Shown one piece after another: positions 10,105 to 18,759 of a DNA stretch of 64,000 nt; the stretch's first letter is position 1; each line of letters opens with the position of its first letter. The notes under the pieces were generated by a model, which was not told the DNA's origin, did no database searches, and saw only the letters and a program-made list of their open reading frames with translations. Source of the stretch: Minisyncoccota bacterium (lineage in GTDB: Bacteria; Patescibacteriota; Minisyncoccia; Phycocordibacterales; BOKC01); contig CP129473.1 in the NCBI GenBank assembly GCA_030583745.1, positions 268,551-332,550 on the forward strand, in the 5' to 3' direction. Made by a program: the position numbers and the translations under genes.

Positions 10105-11228
10105 AAATATTATTAACAGGCGGCGGTTCAGGTGGGCATTTCTATCCAGTTATTGCTGTGGCCGAGGCCTTAAAGGATCTGCAAAAAGAACAACATATAG
10201 TCAAACCGACGCTATATTATATGGCGCCGGAACCTTACAATAAAAGACTGCTATTTGACAACGAAATAATTTTCAAAAAAAACCCAACCGGCAAATTGAG
10301 GCGATACTTTTCGCTGTTAAACATCTCCGACACCTTCAAAACATTCTGGGGAGTTTTGAAAGCAGTCTGGACAATATTTTATATTTATCCTGACGCGGTA
10401 TTTAGCAAGGGTGGTTATGGCAGTTTTCCGGCAGTCTTTGCCGCAAAACTATTTAGAATTCCGGTTATTATCCATGAGTCGGATTCAGTACCAGGCAAAA
10501 CTAATCTCTGGGCTGGCAAATTTGCCAAAAGAGTTGCTGTGTCTTGGCCTGAATCTGCTGAATATTTCCCGAAAGAAAAAGTGGCATTTACAGGAAATCC
10601 TATAAGAAAAAGTATTTTACAACCCATTGAGGATGGTGCGAAAAAAATCTTGAAACTAGAAGATAATCTGCCCGTCGTTTTGGTTTTAGGGGGTTCTCTT
10701 GGAGCACAAAAAATAAATGACACCATAATTGATTCATTGCCAGAAATCTTGGAGTTCTGCCAAATTATCCATCAAACAGGCAAAGGGGGGCTAAAAGACG
10801 CGAAGAGCCGGGCCTCGGCAATTTTATACAACTCCGAAAAAGAAAGCAGGTATAAAGTTTTTGATTACTTAAACGACGAAGCAATGAGAATGGCGGCCGG
10901 AGTAGCAGATTTGGTAGTATCAAGAGCCGGTTCAACAATTTTTGAAATAGCAAATTGGAGCAAACCAAGTATTATAATTCCAATATCAAAATCAAACGGG
11001 GATCACCAGAGAAAAAATGCTTATGGTTATGCGCGAAGTGGCGCCTGCATTGTCATTGAAGAACCAAACCTCAACGCGAATATTTTAACTTCAGAAATAA
11101 AAAACTTGTTGGCAGACAACGATAAGTTACAGACGATGTCGCAGGCGGCTCAAAAGTTCTCCAGAAAAGACGCCGCAAAAGTGATTGCCCAAGAGATATT
11201 TAATATCGCACTTGGACACGAAAAATAG
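10101..11228 (+). CDS. murG: UDP-GlcNAc:lipid I N-acetylglucosaminyltransferase MurG
   Basis: N-terminal MKILLTGGGSGGHFYPVIAV G-loop. GT28 C-terminal domain. Confidence 0.85.
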   Translation: MKILLTGGGSGGHFYPVIAVAEALKDLQKEQHIVKPTLYYMAPEPYNKRLLFDNEIIFKKNPTGKLRRYFSLLNISDTFKTFWGVLKAVWTIFYIYPDAVFSKGGYGSFPAVFAAKLFRIPVIIHESDSVPGKTNLWAGKFAKRVAVSWPESAEYFPKEKVAFTGNPIRKSILQPIEDGAKKILKLEDNLPVVLVLGGSLGAQKINDTIIDSLPEILEFCQIIHQTGKGGLKDAKSRASAILYNSEKESRYKVFDYLNDEAMRMAAGVADLVVSRAGSTIFEIANWSKPSIIIPISKSNGDHQRKNAYGYARSGACIVIEEPNLNANILTSEIKNLLADNDKLQTMSQAAQKFSRKDAAKVIAQEIFNIALGHEK

Positions 11229-11243
11229 AATTAAACAGACAGT

Positions 11244-12593
11244 ATGAAAAAAATTGTTACTAGATTTGCTCCATCGCCAACAGGTAATCTACATCTAGGG
11301 GGTGTTAGAACTGCTTTGTTTAATTTTGTTTTTGCTAAACAAAAGATGGGTGAGTTCATCTTAAGAATAGAGGATACCGACAAAGAAAGGTCAAAGAAAG
11401 AATATGAGGACGACTTAATCGCTGGCTTAGGGTGGCTTGGACTCTCACATGACAGTTTTTTCAGACAGTCAGAACGCGGAGAAATTTATAAAAAATATCT
11501 GAAAAAAATTGTTTCCGAAGGAAAAGCTTATGTTTCTAAAGAAAAAAGTAGGGAAGGGGACGGAGAAGTTGAAATAGTAAGATTTAAAAACCCAAACACC
11601 ACCATAAAGTTTGATGATGAAATCCGTGGTCAAGTTGAGTTCAAAACAGAAGATCTCGGAGATTTTGTGATAGCCAAAAATTTTGAAGAGCCCCTTTATC
11701 ACTTGGCAGTGGTAATTGATGATTTTGAAATGGAAATCAGCCATGTAATCCGCGGGGAAGATCATATTTCAAATACTCCAAGACAAATTTTGATTCAAGA
11801 AGCGCTCGGCTTTCCGCGCCCAATCTACGCCCATATACCACTAATCCTTGCAACCGACCGATCCAAGCTCTCAAAAAGAAAGCATGGGGAGCTGGTGTCT
11901 GTTAACTTTTACAAGGAGCAAGGCATAATGCCAGAAGCGATGATAAATTTCTTGGCAATGCTTGGTTGGAATCCGGGAGATGATAGGGATATCTTGAGTT
12001 TAGAAGAAATCATCTCTTGTTTTGATTTTAAAAAGGTTCAGAAAAGCGGAGCGGTTTTCAATATCGAAAAGCTTGAGTGGCTGAATCAACAATATATAAA
12101 AAATCTAAGAGTGGAAGAAAAAATTGAAAAAGTAAAAGAGAGACTTGAAAAAAAGGGGAAAACTGACTGGGTTAAATCTAAGGTTTTTGGGCAAGAATTT
12201 GTGGAATTGATCTGCGAAAGAATTAAAAAATGGGCGGACATTGACTGTCTTATAAATGACGGGGATTTAGACTTTTTTTTCAATGAACCAAGTATCGTCA
12301 GGGAGAAAATAGTGTGGGAGAAAAATCCAAATTTGGAAAAAACAATAATTCATTTAGAGAAATCGCTAGAAATTTTAGAAAGTATAGATAATGTCAGTTG
12401 GAAAACTGATATAATAAAAGAGAGGCTGATGGCTTATGCGGACAAAGAGGGAAGAGGTGAAGTGCTCTGGCCACTGCGCTACGCACTATCCGGCAAAGAC
12501 AAATCATCAGACCCTTTCACGACGTCCTTTATCTTGGGCAAAGATAATACAATAGCAAGATGGCAAAAAGCGATAGAAATTCTAAAACAATAA
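11244..12593 (+). CDS. gltX: Glutamyl-tRNA synthetase
   Basis: HIGH region (PSPTGNLHLGG) and KLSKR motif. Confidence 0.9.
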   Translation: MKKIVTRFAPSPTGNLHLGGVRTALFNFVFAKQKMGEFILRIEDTDKERSKKEYEDDLIAGLGWLGLSHDSFFRQSERGEIYKKYLKKIVSEGKAYVSKEKSREGDGEVEIVRFKNPNTTIKFDDEIRGQVEFKTEDLGDFVIAKNFEEPLYHLAVVIDDFEMEISHVIRGEDHISNTPRQILIQEALGFPRPIYAHIPLILATDRSKLSKRKHGELVSVNFYKEQGIMPEAMINFLAMLGWNPGDDRDILSLEEIISCFDFKKVQKSGAVFNIEKLEWLNQQYIKNLRVEEKIEKVKERLEKKGKTDWVKSKVFGQEFVELICERIKKWADIDCLINDGDLDFFFNEPSIVREKIVWEKNPNLEKTIIHLEKSLEILESIDNVSWKTDIIKERLMAYADKEGRGEVLWPLRYALSGKDKSSDPFTTSFILGKDNTIARWQKAIEILKQ

Positions 12594-12625
12594 AGGTTCT
12601 AGACAGCAAGCCGACGAGGCGTTGT

Positions 12626-13957
12626 ATGTCGCTAATACAAAAATTAATAATCCCAGTGCCGGCATTGATTTTTATCGCATTAATACTTTTATTTTTATCC
12701 AACAGCAATATTGCAGAAGCCGATCAAAACTTAATCAGAGAACTTCAGGAAAAGATTAGCGATAGAAGCAATCAAATAGGTGCAATTGAAAAAGAAATAG
12801 AACAATCAAAAAAACAACTTGAAGCGGTCGGCAGGGAAGTAAACACTCTACAAAACGCGGTTCGATCTATTGAGCTGACACAAAAAAAACTAGAACAAGA
12901 CATCTCTCTAACTGAAAATAAAATAATAAACGCATCTTTAAGCATAGAAAAATTAACACTGGAAATAAGCGAATCCGAGCAAAGAATAGAGAAAAACAGC
13001 CAAAGCTTGTCTGAAACACTTCGCTTACTAAACGAAACCGGGGAAAGCTCGTCTTTGGTTGAATCACTTTTAAAATACGGTGATTTCTCTTCTGTTTGGG
13101 AAGAATTTGAAACCCTGCAGAGATTTCAGGTAGAAGTCAGGCAGAACCTGAATAATCTAAAAATTATAAAAGACACATTAGAAAAGAAAAGGGAGGAGTC
13201 AGAGTCGCAAAAAGAACAGTTGGAGCTTTTAAATATGGATTTAAAAGATCAACACGGCGTCTCTCTAATAAATAAAAAACGACAAGCGTCTCTTCTAAGC
13301 GAGACTAAAAACCAAGAAGCTGAATATCAAAAAATATTACAAACAAATTTGGCTCGAAAAGCCGCGTTTGAAAAAGAACTTTTTGAGTTTGAGTCACAAC
13401 TACGCTTGGTTATTGACCCGTCTCAAACCCCACCAGCAAGACCCGGAATATTGTCGTGGCCCCTTGATAGCGTATTTGTAACTCAATATTTCGGAGACAC
13501 CGAATTTGCCCGTAGTGGAGCTTACAGAGGCCGAGGACACAATGGTATTGATTTTCGAGCAACAATGGGTACTAGAGTTAAATCAGCACTGTCCGGAATT
13601 GTCAGCCATATCGGTAACACCGACGAAATACGCGGTTGTTACTCATTCGGAAAATGGGTTTTGGTAAAACACGATAACGGACTGTCCACTCTCTATTCTC
13701 ATTTGTCATCAATCAGAGTCCAGCCGGGACAAGTTGTCCAAACCGGAGAGATGGTCGGACTAAGTGGTGGTTTGCCCGGAACTTTTGGGGCAGGGTATTC
13801 AACCGGTCCACACTTGCATTTTGGACTTTACATAACCGAAGGTCTGCGTCCACAAACCTATCGTTCAAGCACACCATGTAATGGTGCTTTTATGCCCCTT
13901 GCTGATCTAAAAGCTTATCTTGACCCAATGTCTTATTTACCAACTCTTTCTCAATAG
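12626..13957 (+). CDS. M23 family metallopeptidase with N-terminal anchor and long coiled-coil (EnvC-like)
   Basis: HxxxD (HNGIDF) and HxH (GPHLHFG) motifs of LytM/M23 in the C-terminal domain. N-terminal TM and coiled-coil repeats. Internal ATG chosen as start. Confidence 0.8.
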   Translation: MSLIQKLIIPVPALIFIALILLFLSNSNIAEADQNLIRELQEKISDRSNQIGAIEKEIEQSKKQLEAVGREVNTLQNAVRSIELTQKKLEQDISLTENKIINASLSIEKLTLEISESEQRIEKNSQSLSETLRLLNETGESSSLVESLLKYGDFSSVWEEFETLQRFQVEVRQNLNNLKIIKDTLEKKREESESQKEQLELLNMDLKDQHGVSLINKKRQASLLSETKNQEAEYQKILQTNLARKAAFEKELFEFESQLRLVIDPSQTPPARPGILSWPLDSVFVTQYFGDTEFARSGAYRGRGHNGIDFRATMGTRVKSALSGIVSHIGNTDEIRGCYSFGKWVLVKHDNGLSTLYSHLSSIRVQPGQVVQTGEMVGLSGGLPGTFGAGYSTGPHLHFGLYITEGLRPQTYRSSTPCNGAFMPLADLKAYLDPMSYLPTLSQ

Positions 13958-14018
13958 GCAACAAAAAATAAATTGAGTCAATTTATAAAAATCTAAAAAA
14001 GATTTAAAATACAAACAT

Positions 14019-14219
14019 ATGAAAAAACAAAAAGGGTTCTTAAAAACAATAATACTTATTATCATTGCCTTGGCACTTCTAAAATTGGTTTGGGATTTTG
14101 ATATAGTTGAGTTTATAAACAAACCGTTCGTCAAAGCTATCTGGGAGACCATTTGGAGCATTATAGGGCCCCTGTGGGACTTTATAAAAGGCCTTTTCAG
14201 CGTCTTTTCTAAGAATTAA
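14019..14219 (+). CDS. Small hypothetical membrane protein (66 aa)
   Basis: ORF with one hydrophobic helix and no clear RBS. Weak. Confidence 0.25.
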   Translation: MKKQKGFLKTIILIIIALALLKLVWDFDIVEFINKPFVKAIWETIWSIIGPLWDFIKGLFSVFSKN

Positions 14220-14438
14220 GATAAAACAACCCACGACAGATAAACGGACGTAAAATAGCTCTACTTGGTTGAAAGTCAATTAAATAGCCAAAAGTAAGAT
14301 AAAAAAGGACATAGTTGTGGATTTAGCAGTAGCGCGGTTGGGGATAAGTGATTTTCCAAACAATATTTTTTGTTATCATAATAATTGAGTGTTAGAGATA
14401 TTATACTCAATTTATTATAATTCAATCCTAGGATATAA

Positions 14439-15398
14439 ATGACCAACTCAAATAATAAAAGTGCTCTACCCCACCTTGAAGATTTTCTTCTTTTCATCCA
14501 ATCAAATAATTATTCAAAAGAAACTTTATATAATTATGAAAGAGATCTCAAAACTTTTGAAAGATTTCTAGAAGAAGAATTTAAAGGACTCCCCTTTTCA
14601 AAAGTCACTAAAAGGACGATCGAACAATACAAGGCGTATTTGAACTCTACTGACAGAAAAACTGCCGAAGGGTCCGGCGCGCAAAAAAATCTCAAAAGCG
14701 GTTCTATAAACCGCAACCTAAGCTCGCTTAGAAGATATCTGTCGTATCTTATAGATATGGATTATGAATCTCCGATCGCCCCAGGCGCTATCAAGCTGTT
14801 GAGAATGGAGAAAAAGCATCCGCAAGTTTCCGAACTCGAAGAGCTGACTAGTTTGATTGAAGCCCCGATGAAATTTGAAAAAAACAAAAAAGTTGCCCTG
14901 CGCAACCGCGCGGCTTTGGAAACACTTTTTGCCTCTGGTATGCGTATTTCAGAACTAATATCATTAAAAATTATCCAGCTTGATAAAACTGGTCGAATCT
15001 TCATAGAGGGCAAGGGTAAAAAACAACGATTCGTCTATCTAACAGAAAGGGCTAAAAAACATATAGACAATTATTTGAAAGTTAGAGCCGATGACTCTCC
15101 TTTTCTCTTTATTGCAAGCAGAGGACAAAATGCTGGCGACAAAAACAAACACATATCGGCAAACTACCTTCAGATGAAAATAAAAAAATATCGGGAACTT
15201 TTGGGCATAAACGTTCCAACAAGCGCTCATTCATTACGTCACGGTTTTGCTACGTATTTGGCCGAGCAAGGTGCCAACCCGGCCGCCATCCAGATTCTTT
15301 TAGGCCATGAGTCACTTGATACTACGACAAGATACGTCCACGCTTCAGACAAATATGCCGAAAGCACTCACCGCAAATTCCACCCACTTAAAGACTAA
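14439..15398 (+). CDS. Tyrosine site-specific recombinase (XerC/XerD/phage integrase family)
   Basis: C-terminal catalytic motifs R...HxxR...Y (LRHGFATYLAEQGANPAAIQILLGHESLDTTTRYVH). N-terminal SAM-like core-binding domain. Confidence 0.8.
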   Translation: MTNSNNKSALPHLEDFLLFIQSNNYSKETLYNYERDLKTFERFLEEEFKGLPFSKVTKRTIEQYKAYLNSTDRKTAEGSGAQKNLKSGSINRNLSSLRRYLSYLIDMDYESPIAPGAIKLLRMEKKHPQVSELEELTSLIEAPMKFEKNKKVALRNRAALETLFASGMRISELISLKIIQLDKTGRIFIEGKGKKQRFVYLTERAKKHIDNYLKVRADDSPFLFIASRGQNAGDKNKHISANYLQMKIKKYRELLGINVPTSAHSLRHGFATYLAEQGANPAAIQILLGHESLDTTTRYVHASDKYAESTHRKFHPLKD

Positions 15399-15436
15399 AC
15401 AAAAACTCCCCCTTTAAAGGGGGAGTTTTTGTTTTA
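15396..15436. terminator. Bidirectional rho-independent terminator between convergent genes
   Basis: AAACAAAAA-ACTCCCCC-tttaaa-GGGGGAGT-TTTTTGTTTT. Perfect 8-bp GC stem flanked by an A-run and a T-run. Confidence 0.75.
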
Positions 15437-15868
15437 TCTGTTCCAGCATTTCTTGGAGGCATTCCAAGGACGAGTACCCTCTCTTTCAAAAAGATATCTA
15501 GCGAATTCCATATTTCCTTCAATAACGTGGATATCAAGATTCATTTGTTTGGCTTTGTCAGCGTGGAAATATTCATTAATCTGCATGATCCCAACATCCT
15601 TTGAGTTTTGGACTCCGCGCAAGACATTTCCGTCTTTATCATTCTGCCTGAAGGTTGATTCGCAAAAAGCGATTCTAATCATAATCGGAGCGTCTTTGAA
15701 GTATTCGCGGACGATTTCCTCATCAGTCATTTTTATTTCTTCAGCCAAGGCCGCTTCTACCGCGGCCGTGATACTCGGCGGCTCGTCTCCACTTTCACTT
15801 AACATGACTGCGGGGGCGTTAAGCCCGGTCAAGCTGGTCAGAGTCATTAATAAAGCAATTTTTAACAT
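15434..15868 (-). CDS. Secreted lysozyme-like / lytic-transglycosylase-like protein
   Basis: Signal peptide. Motif CESTF...DVGIMQINE resembles the E-S...G(L/I)MQ core of SLT/lysozyme-like domains. Confidence 0.45.
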   Translation of the reverse strand: MLKIALLMTLTSLTGLNAPAVMLSESGDEPPSITAAVEAALAEEIKMTDEEIVREYFKDAPIMIRIAFCESTFRQNDKDGNVLRGVQNSKDVGIMQINEYFHADKAKQMNLDIHVIEGNMEFARYLFEREGTRPWNASKKCWNR

Positions 15869-16092
15869 ATTATTTTTTTAACAATAAAACTCAACCTTTC
15901 AGTTGAGTTACAAACATCCTAGCATAAACCAAACTTTTTGTCAATGACAAAAATCGTTTTGTGTGGTCTATTTAAGCAAATATATGGCTTAAAATAAGGG
16001 GTTTTAGAAAAACTGGACTATTAGATTATTATCACCGGAAGCTCAATTTCCCCTTGAAAGTTTAATCTCAAATCCACCTTACCTCCAAAATT

Positions 16093-16121
16093 TGACAAAA
16101 CATAATCTTTTGTGATAAGAT
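16093..16121 (+). promoter_or_regulatory. Sigma70-like promoter for the GL-repeat gene
   Basis: TTGACA, 17-18 bp spacer, then TAAGAT, about 85 bp upstream of the start codon. Confidence 0.4.
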
Positions 16122-16213
16122 GGTAAAGGATTTTTGCACATCAAAAAAACAGGGAGCTTGTAGCTTCCTGAACAGCAGAAACACAGCGAACAAACTATGA
16201 ACAGGAGATGGCG

Positions 16214-16825
16214 ATGGACTGGAAGAAAACGTGGTTCTGGATGGGTGTAACAGCCCTTGTGTTCGGGCTCTTCTGGCACATCTGGCACATTTTCGCTGGA
16301 GAAATTCCGGCGATTCGGGAACTTACTATGTCAGTTGGCGACGAAGAAGAGGAGAGCGCAATCTGGACTCTTCCCTTCGCAGTATCCCATTCGTGGGATA
16401 TGCTGGCGGCTCCCCTCTTCGTTCTTGCTTTCTCTTGGCTTCAGTCGAGAACAGAGGAGGGCACAGACGAAAATGACATACTGGTCGTCGGGCTGGTCTT
16501 CGGGCTGGGCCTCGGGCTGGTCGTCGGGCTGGTCTTCGGGCTGGTCTTCGGGCTGGTCTTCGGGCTGGGCCTCGGGCTGGGCCTCGGGCTGGTCTTCGGG
16601 CTGAGCTTCGGGCTGAGCTTCGGGCTGGGCCTCGGGCTGGTCTTCGGGCTGGGTTTCGGGCTGGGTTTCGGATTCAACTGCGGAATATTCTGGACGATGC
16701 CTCTGGGGGCTGTGTTCGGAGCATTAGTCATTCTGCCAAACACCGTCCTGCTCATTGTTCTCATGGGTTTGAGAGAAGCCATCCGAGGATTCTCCAACAG
16801 CAAGGCGGCTCCTTCAGAATGCTGA
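16214..16825 (+). CDS. High-GC membrane protein with 16 tandem GL(V/G/S)F tetrapeptide repeats
   Basis: RBS AGGAG 6 nt upstream of the ATG. Hydrophobic N- and C-terminal segments. Followed by a GC-rich terminator on the + strand. GC content is well above background. Confidence 0.55.
   Translation: MDWKKTWFWMGVTALVFGLFWHIWHIFAGEIPAIRELTMSVGDEEEESAIWTLPFAVSHSWDMLAAPLFVLAFSWLQSRTEEGTDENDILVVGLVFGLGLGLVVGLVFGLVFGLVFGLGLGLGLGLVFGLSFGLSFGLGLGLVFGLGFGLGFGFNCGIFWTMPLGAVFGALVILPNTVLLIVLMGLREAIRGFSNSKAAPSEC
16483..16675 (+). repeat. Tandem 12-nt repeat (GGKCYTCGGGCT) x ~16 inside the CDS
   Basis: Directly visible: ggtcttcgggct / gggcctcgggct / gagcttcgggct units in perfect register. Confidence 0.85.
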
Positions 16826-16830
16826 CACAC

Positions 16831-16863
16831 AGCCCCGCGCGGACAACCGCGCGGGGCTTTTTC
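16831..16863 (+). terminator. Rho-independent terminator
   Basis: AGCCCCGCGCGG-acaa-CCGCGCGGGGCT followed by TTTTT. Confidence 0.75.
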
Positions 16864-16885
16864 ATTTACGGTATTCTGCTAATAA

Positions 16886-17476
16886 CTAGCTTATCCAAGG
16901 AATTTTATATTCTTTAAATTCTGGAAAAAGCGGTTTGTTATAAAACAACCGAGAGAACGCTTCAGCTTCCCATTTGGCGCCGTTAAAAGCGATGTGAGGC
17001 TTTGGTTCCGCCGGCAGGCCGACATATTCCATTATTGAATCAGAATTTAAAGCGGAACGTTTATTTTCCAATGGCAAATTTAATCCCCGTTTTATCATAT
17101 GCGCCGCGCAAACCGAATGAAGGTCAAAAGTCCGATGAGCCAAAGGAAAATTTAGACCGTATTCTTCCGATGCCACTTGCAAAAAAGAAACGTCAAAAGA
17201 CGGATTCTGACCGGCAATTGTATGGTCTCTACTCTCCATCGCCCAAGCAAAAAAATCGGCGACAATTTTTTCTTCCGTTTCTTTCCTCGGGTCGGCTATC
17301 TCTTCCCTGCTAAAACCGTTTACCGCCAACCCCTCCTCGCTAATATGCGCGCCCGGCCGGATTTGGCATTCTCTGGAAAACGTTCGTTTTAAGTCTAAAA
17401 AATCAACGGCGCCAATTGAGAGAATGGAGTGTTTCCACGGATTAGTTCCTGATGTTTCTATGTCTAGTATGATCAT
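16886..17476 (-). CDS. DEDDh 3'-5' exonuclease (DnaQ/RNase T-like)
   Basis: Exo I ILDIETSG, Exo II NPSFDVSFL, Exo III HIAFNGAKWEAEAF. Confidence 0.75.
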   Translation of the reverse strand: MIILDIETSGTNPWKHSILSIGAVDFLDLKRTFSRECQIRPGAHISEEGLAVNGFSREEIADPRKETEEKIVADFFAWAMESRDHTIAGQNPSFDVSFLQVASEEYGLNFPLAHRTFDLHSVCAAHMIKRGLNLPLENKRSALNSDSIMEYVGLPAEPKPHIAFNGAKWEAEAFSRLFYNKPLFPEFKEYKIPWIS

Positions 17477-17508
17477 AAACTAACGCCTAAAGCCTAGCAC
17501 CTAACTGC

Positions 17509-17964
17509 CTATTCTAATCCTTTACAATTCCCCGCCGGGCTATAGCCGGCCGCTTTTGCCTCCTCAATTGAATTGAAATAAATTTTATTTTCTTCTTTTA
17601 TTCTTTTTGCGCCGGAACACCAAGGAAAATGATACTTGTCTGAAGTTTTAGAACCAACCAAAAGCCCACCGGCTTGTAAACTGATTTGTTCTGAAACGCT
17701 TTGCCCTAAAACCAAGGGCTCATTATTTGAAGCGGTGTCAGACGATAGAGTGGCGACATTGGCCGAAAGAGGAATTTCATTTATTTTTACCGGCTCACGA
17801 TTTTCATCCAAAGCCGAAATCCGACCTAAACCGAAAGAGGCGGTGCCAACCAGAAAAATCACGGCCACAATCAAGGCCTTTTCTCTACCCTCCGATGCCA
17901 CACAAACATTCTTGATTTTTTGTAATGCTTCAGTTATACTTTCCATCAATCTAAATAATATCAT
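17509..17964 (-). CDS. Membrane-anchored protein with C-terminal Ada-type Zn-binding-like domain
   Basis: N-terminal TM. C-terminal YHFPWCSGAKRIKEENKIYFNSIEEAKAAGYSPAGNC matches the YH.P.C...I...N...F.S..EA...GY.PC..C pattern. Confidence 0.5.
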   Translation of the reverse strand: MILFRLMESITEALQKIKNVCVASEGREKALIVAVIFLVGTASFGLGRISALDENREPVKINEIPLSANVATLSSDTASNNEPLVLGQSVSEQISLQAGGLLVGSKTSDKYHFPWCSGAKRIKEENKIYFNSIEEAKAAGYSPAGNCKGLE

Positions 17965-18019
17965 AAATTATTTGGTAGCCAGTATTTTTTAGAAAAACCA
18001 GCGTTAAATCAGCAGTAAT

Positions 18020-18295
18020 ATGGCACATAAAAAAGCAGGAGGATCAACAAAAAATAACCGGGATTCAAATCCAAAATATCTCGGGATAAAAATAGATCAC
18101 GGACAAGCTGCCAAAACCGGCGCAATTTTGGTACGCCAAAGAGGCACAGAATTTCTACCGGGACAAAATGTCGGCATGGGTAAAGACCACACTCTCTTCG
18201 CCTTGAAAAACGGAAAAGTTGGAATAACAAACAAAAGAAAAATCTCGCTAAACGGCGGAGTAAAAATTAAAAAAGTAGTGAATGTTTCGGCTTAA
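18020..18295 (+). CDS. rpmA: 50S ribosomal protein L27
   Basis: [17 protein letters not shown]...LVRQRGT.F.PG.NVG.G.DHTLFAL. Confidence 0.9.
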   Translation: MAHKKAGGSTKNNRDSNPKYLGIKIDHGQAAKTGAILVRQRGTEFLPGQNVGMGKDHTLFALKNGKVGITNKRKISLNGGVKIKKVVNVSA

Positions 18296-18744
18296 CTTTT
18301 ATCTTTTGCTTTGATTATAAATTCAATTTCCGCAGACACCCCCTCCCCTTCTATTTTAACTTTTTGACTGCCGACTTCTTTTATCGGCCTCTCAAGTCTG
18401 ATTAAATCTTGCTCTATTTCTATTCCCTCCTGATTCAATATTGATTTGACCAAATCTTTTTCGTGTAAACCCTTGAAAAGATGACCTTTCTCATTCGCTT
18501 CACTTTCAATTAAGATCGGTCTCCCCAACAGTTGCCTGATTTTTAAACGCAAATTATTTAATTTATCCTCTCTGGTTTTATTTTCTGAAGCTTTTAAGGA
18601 TTCAATTTTTGCAATTTCGGACGGATTTGCTGTTTTAGCCAATCCTCTCGGAATCAAAAAGTTAAGGGCGTAACCATCAGCCACATTCTTTATTTCAAAC
18701 TTCTGGCCGATTTTTGAAACATCTTTTAGTAAAATAACTTTCAT
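18292..18744 (-). CDS. rplI: 50S ribosomal protein L9
   Basis: MKVILLKDV...[14 protein letters not shown]-domain and a C-domain of L9 size. Confidence 0.85.
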   Translation of the reverse strand: MKVILLKDVSKIGQKFEIKNVADGYALNFLIPRGLAKTANPSEIAKIESLKASENKTREDKLNNLRLKIRQLLGRPILIESEANEKGHLFKGLHEKDLVKSILNQEGIEIEQDLIRLERPIKEVGSQKVKIEGEGVSAEIEFIIKAKDKS

Positions 18745-18759
18745 ATCTTTTTTTAAATA

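Noticed and set aside
15885-15910. Hairpin AACTCAAC-ctttca-GTTGAGTT upstream of the lysozyme-like gene
   Set aside because: It sits on the promoter side of a minus-strand gene with no upstream + gene to terminate. Its function is unclear and it lacks a T-tail.
16441-16830. Minus-strand ORF encoding an (S/T)PK(P/T)-rich repeat protein, antisense to the GL-repeat gene
   Set aside because: It is the mirror reading of the same 12-nt tandem repeat. The promoter, RBS and T-tailed terminator all fit the + strand gene. No RBS or terminator supports the minus ORF.
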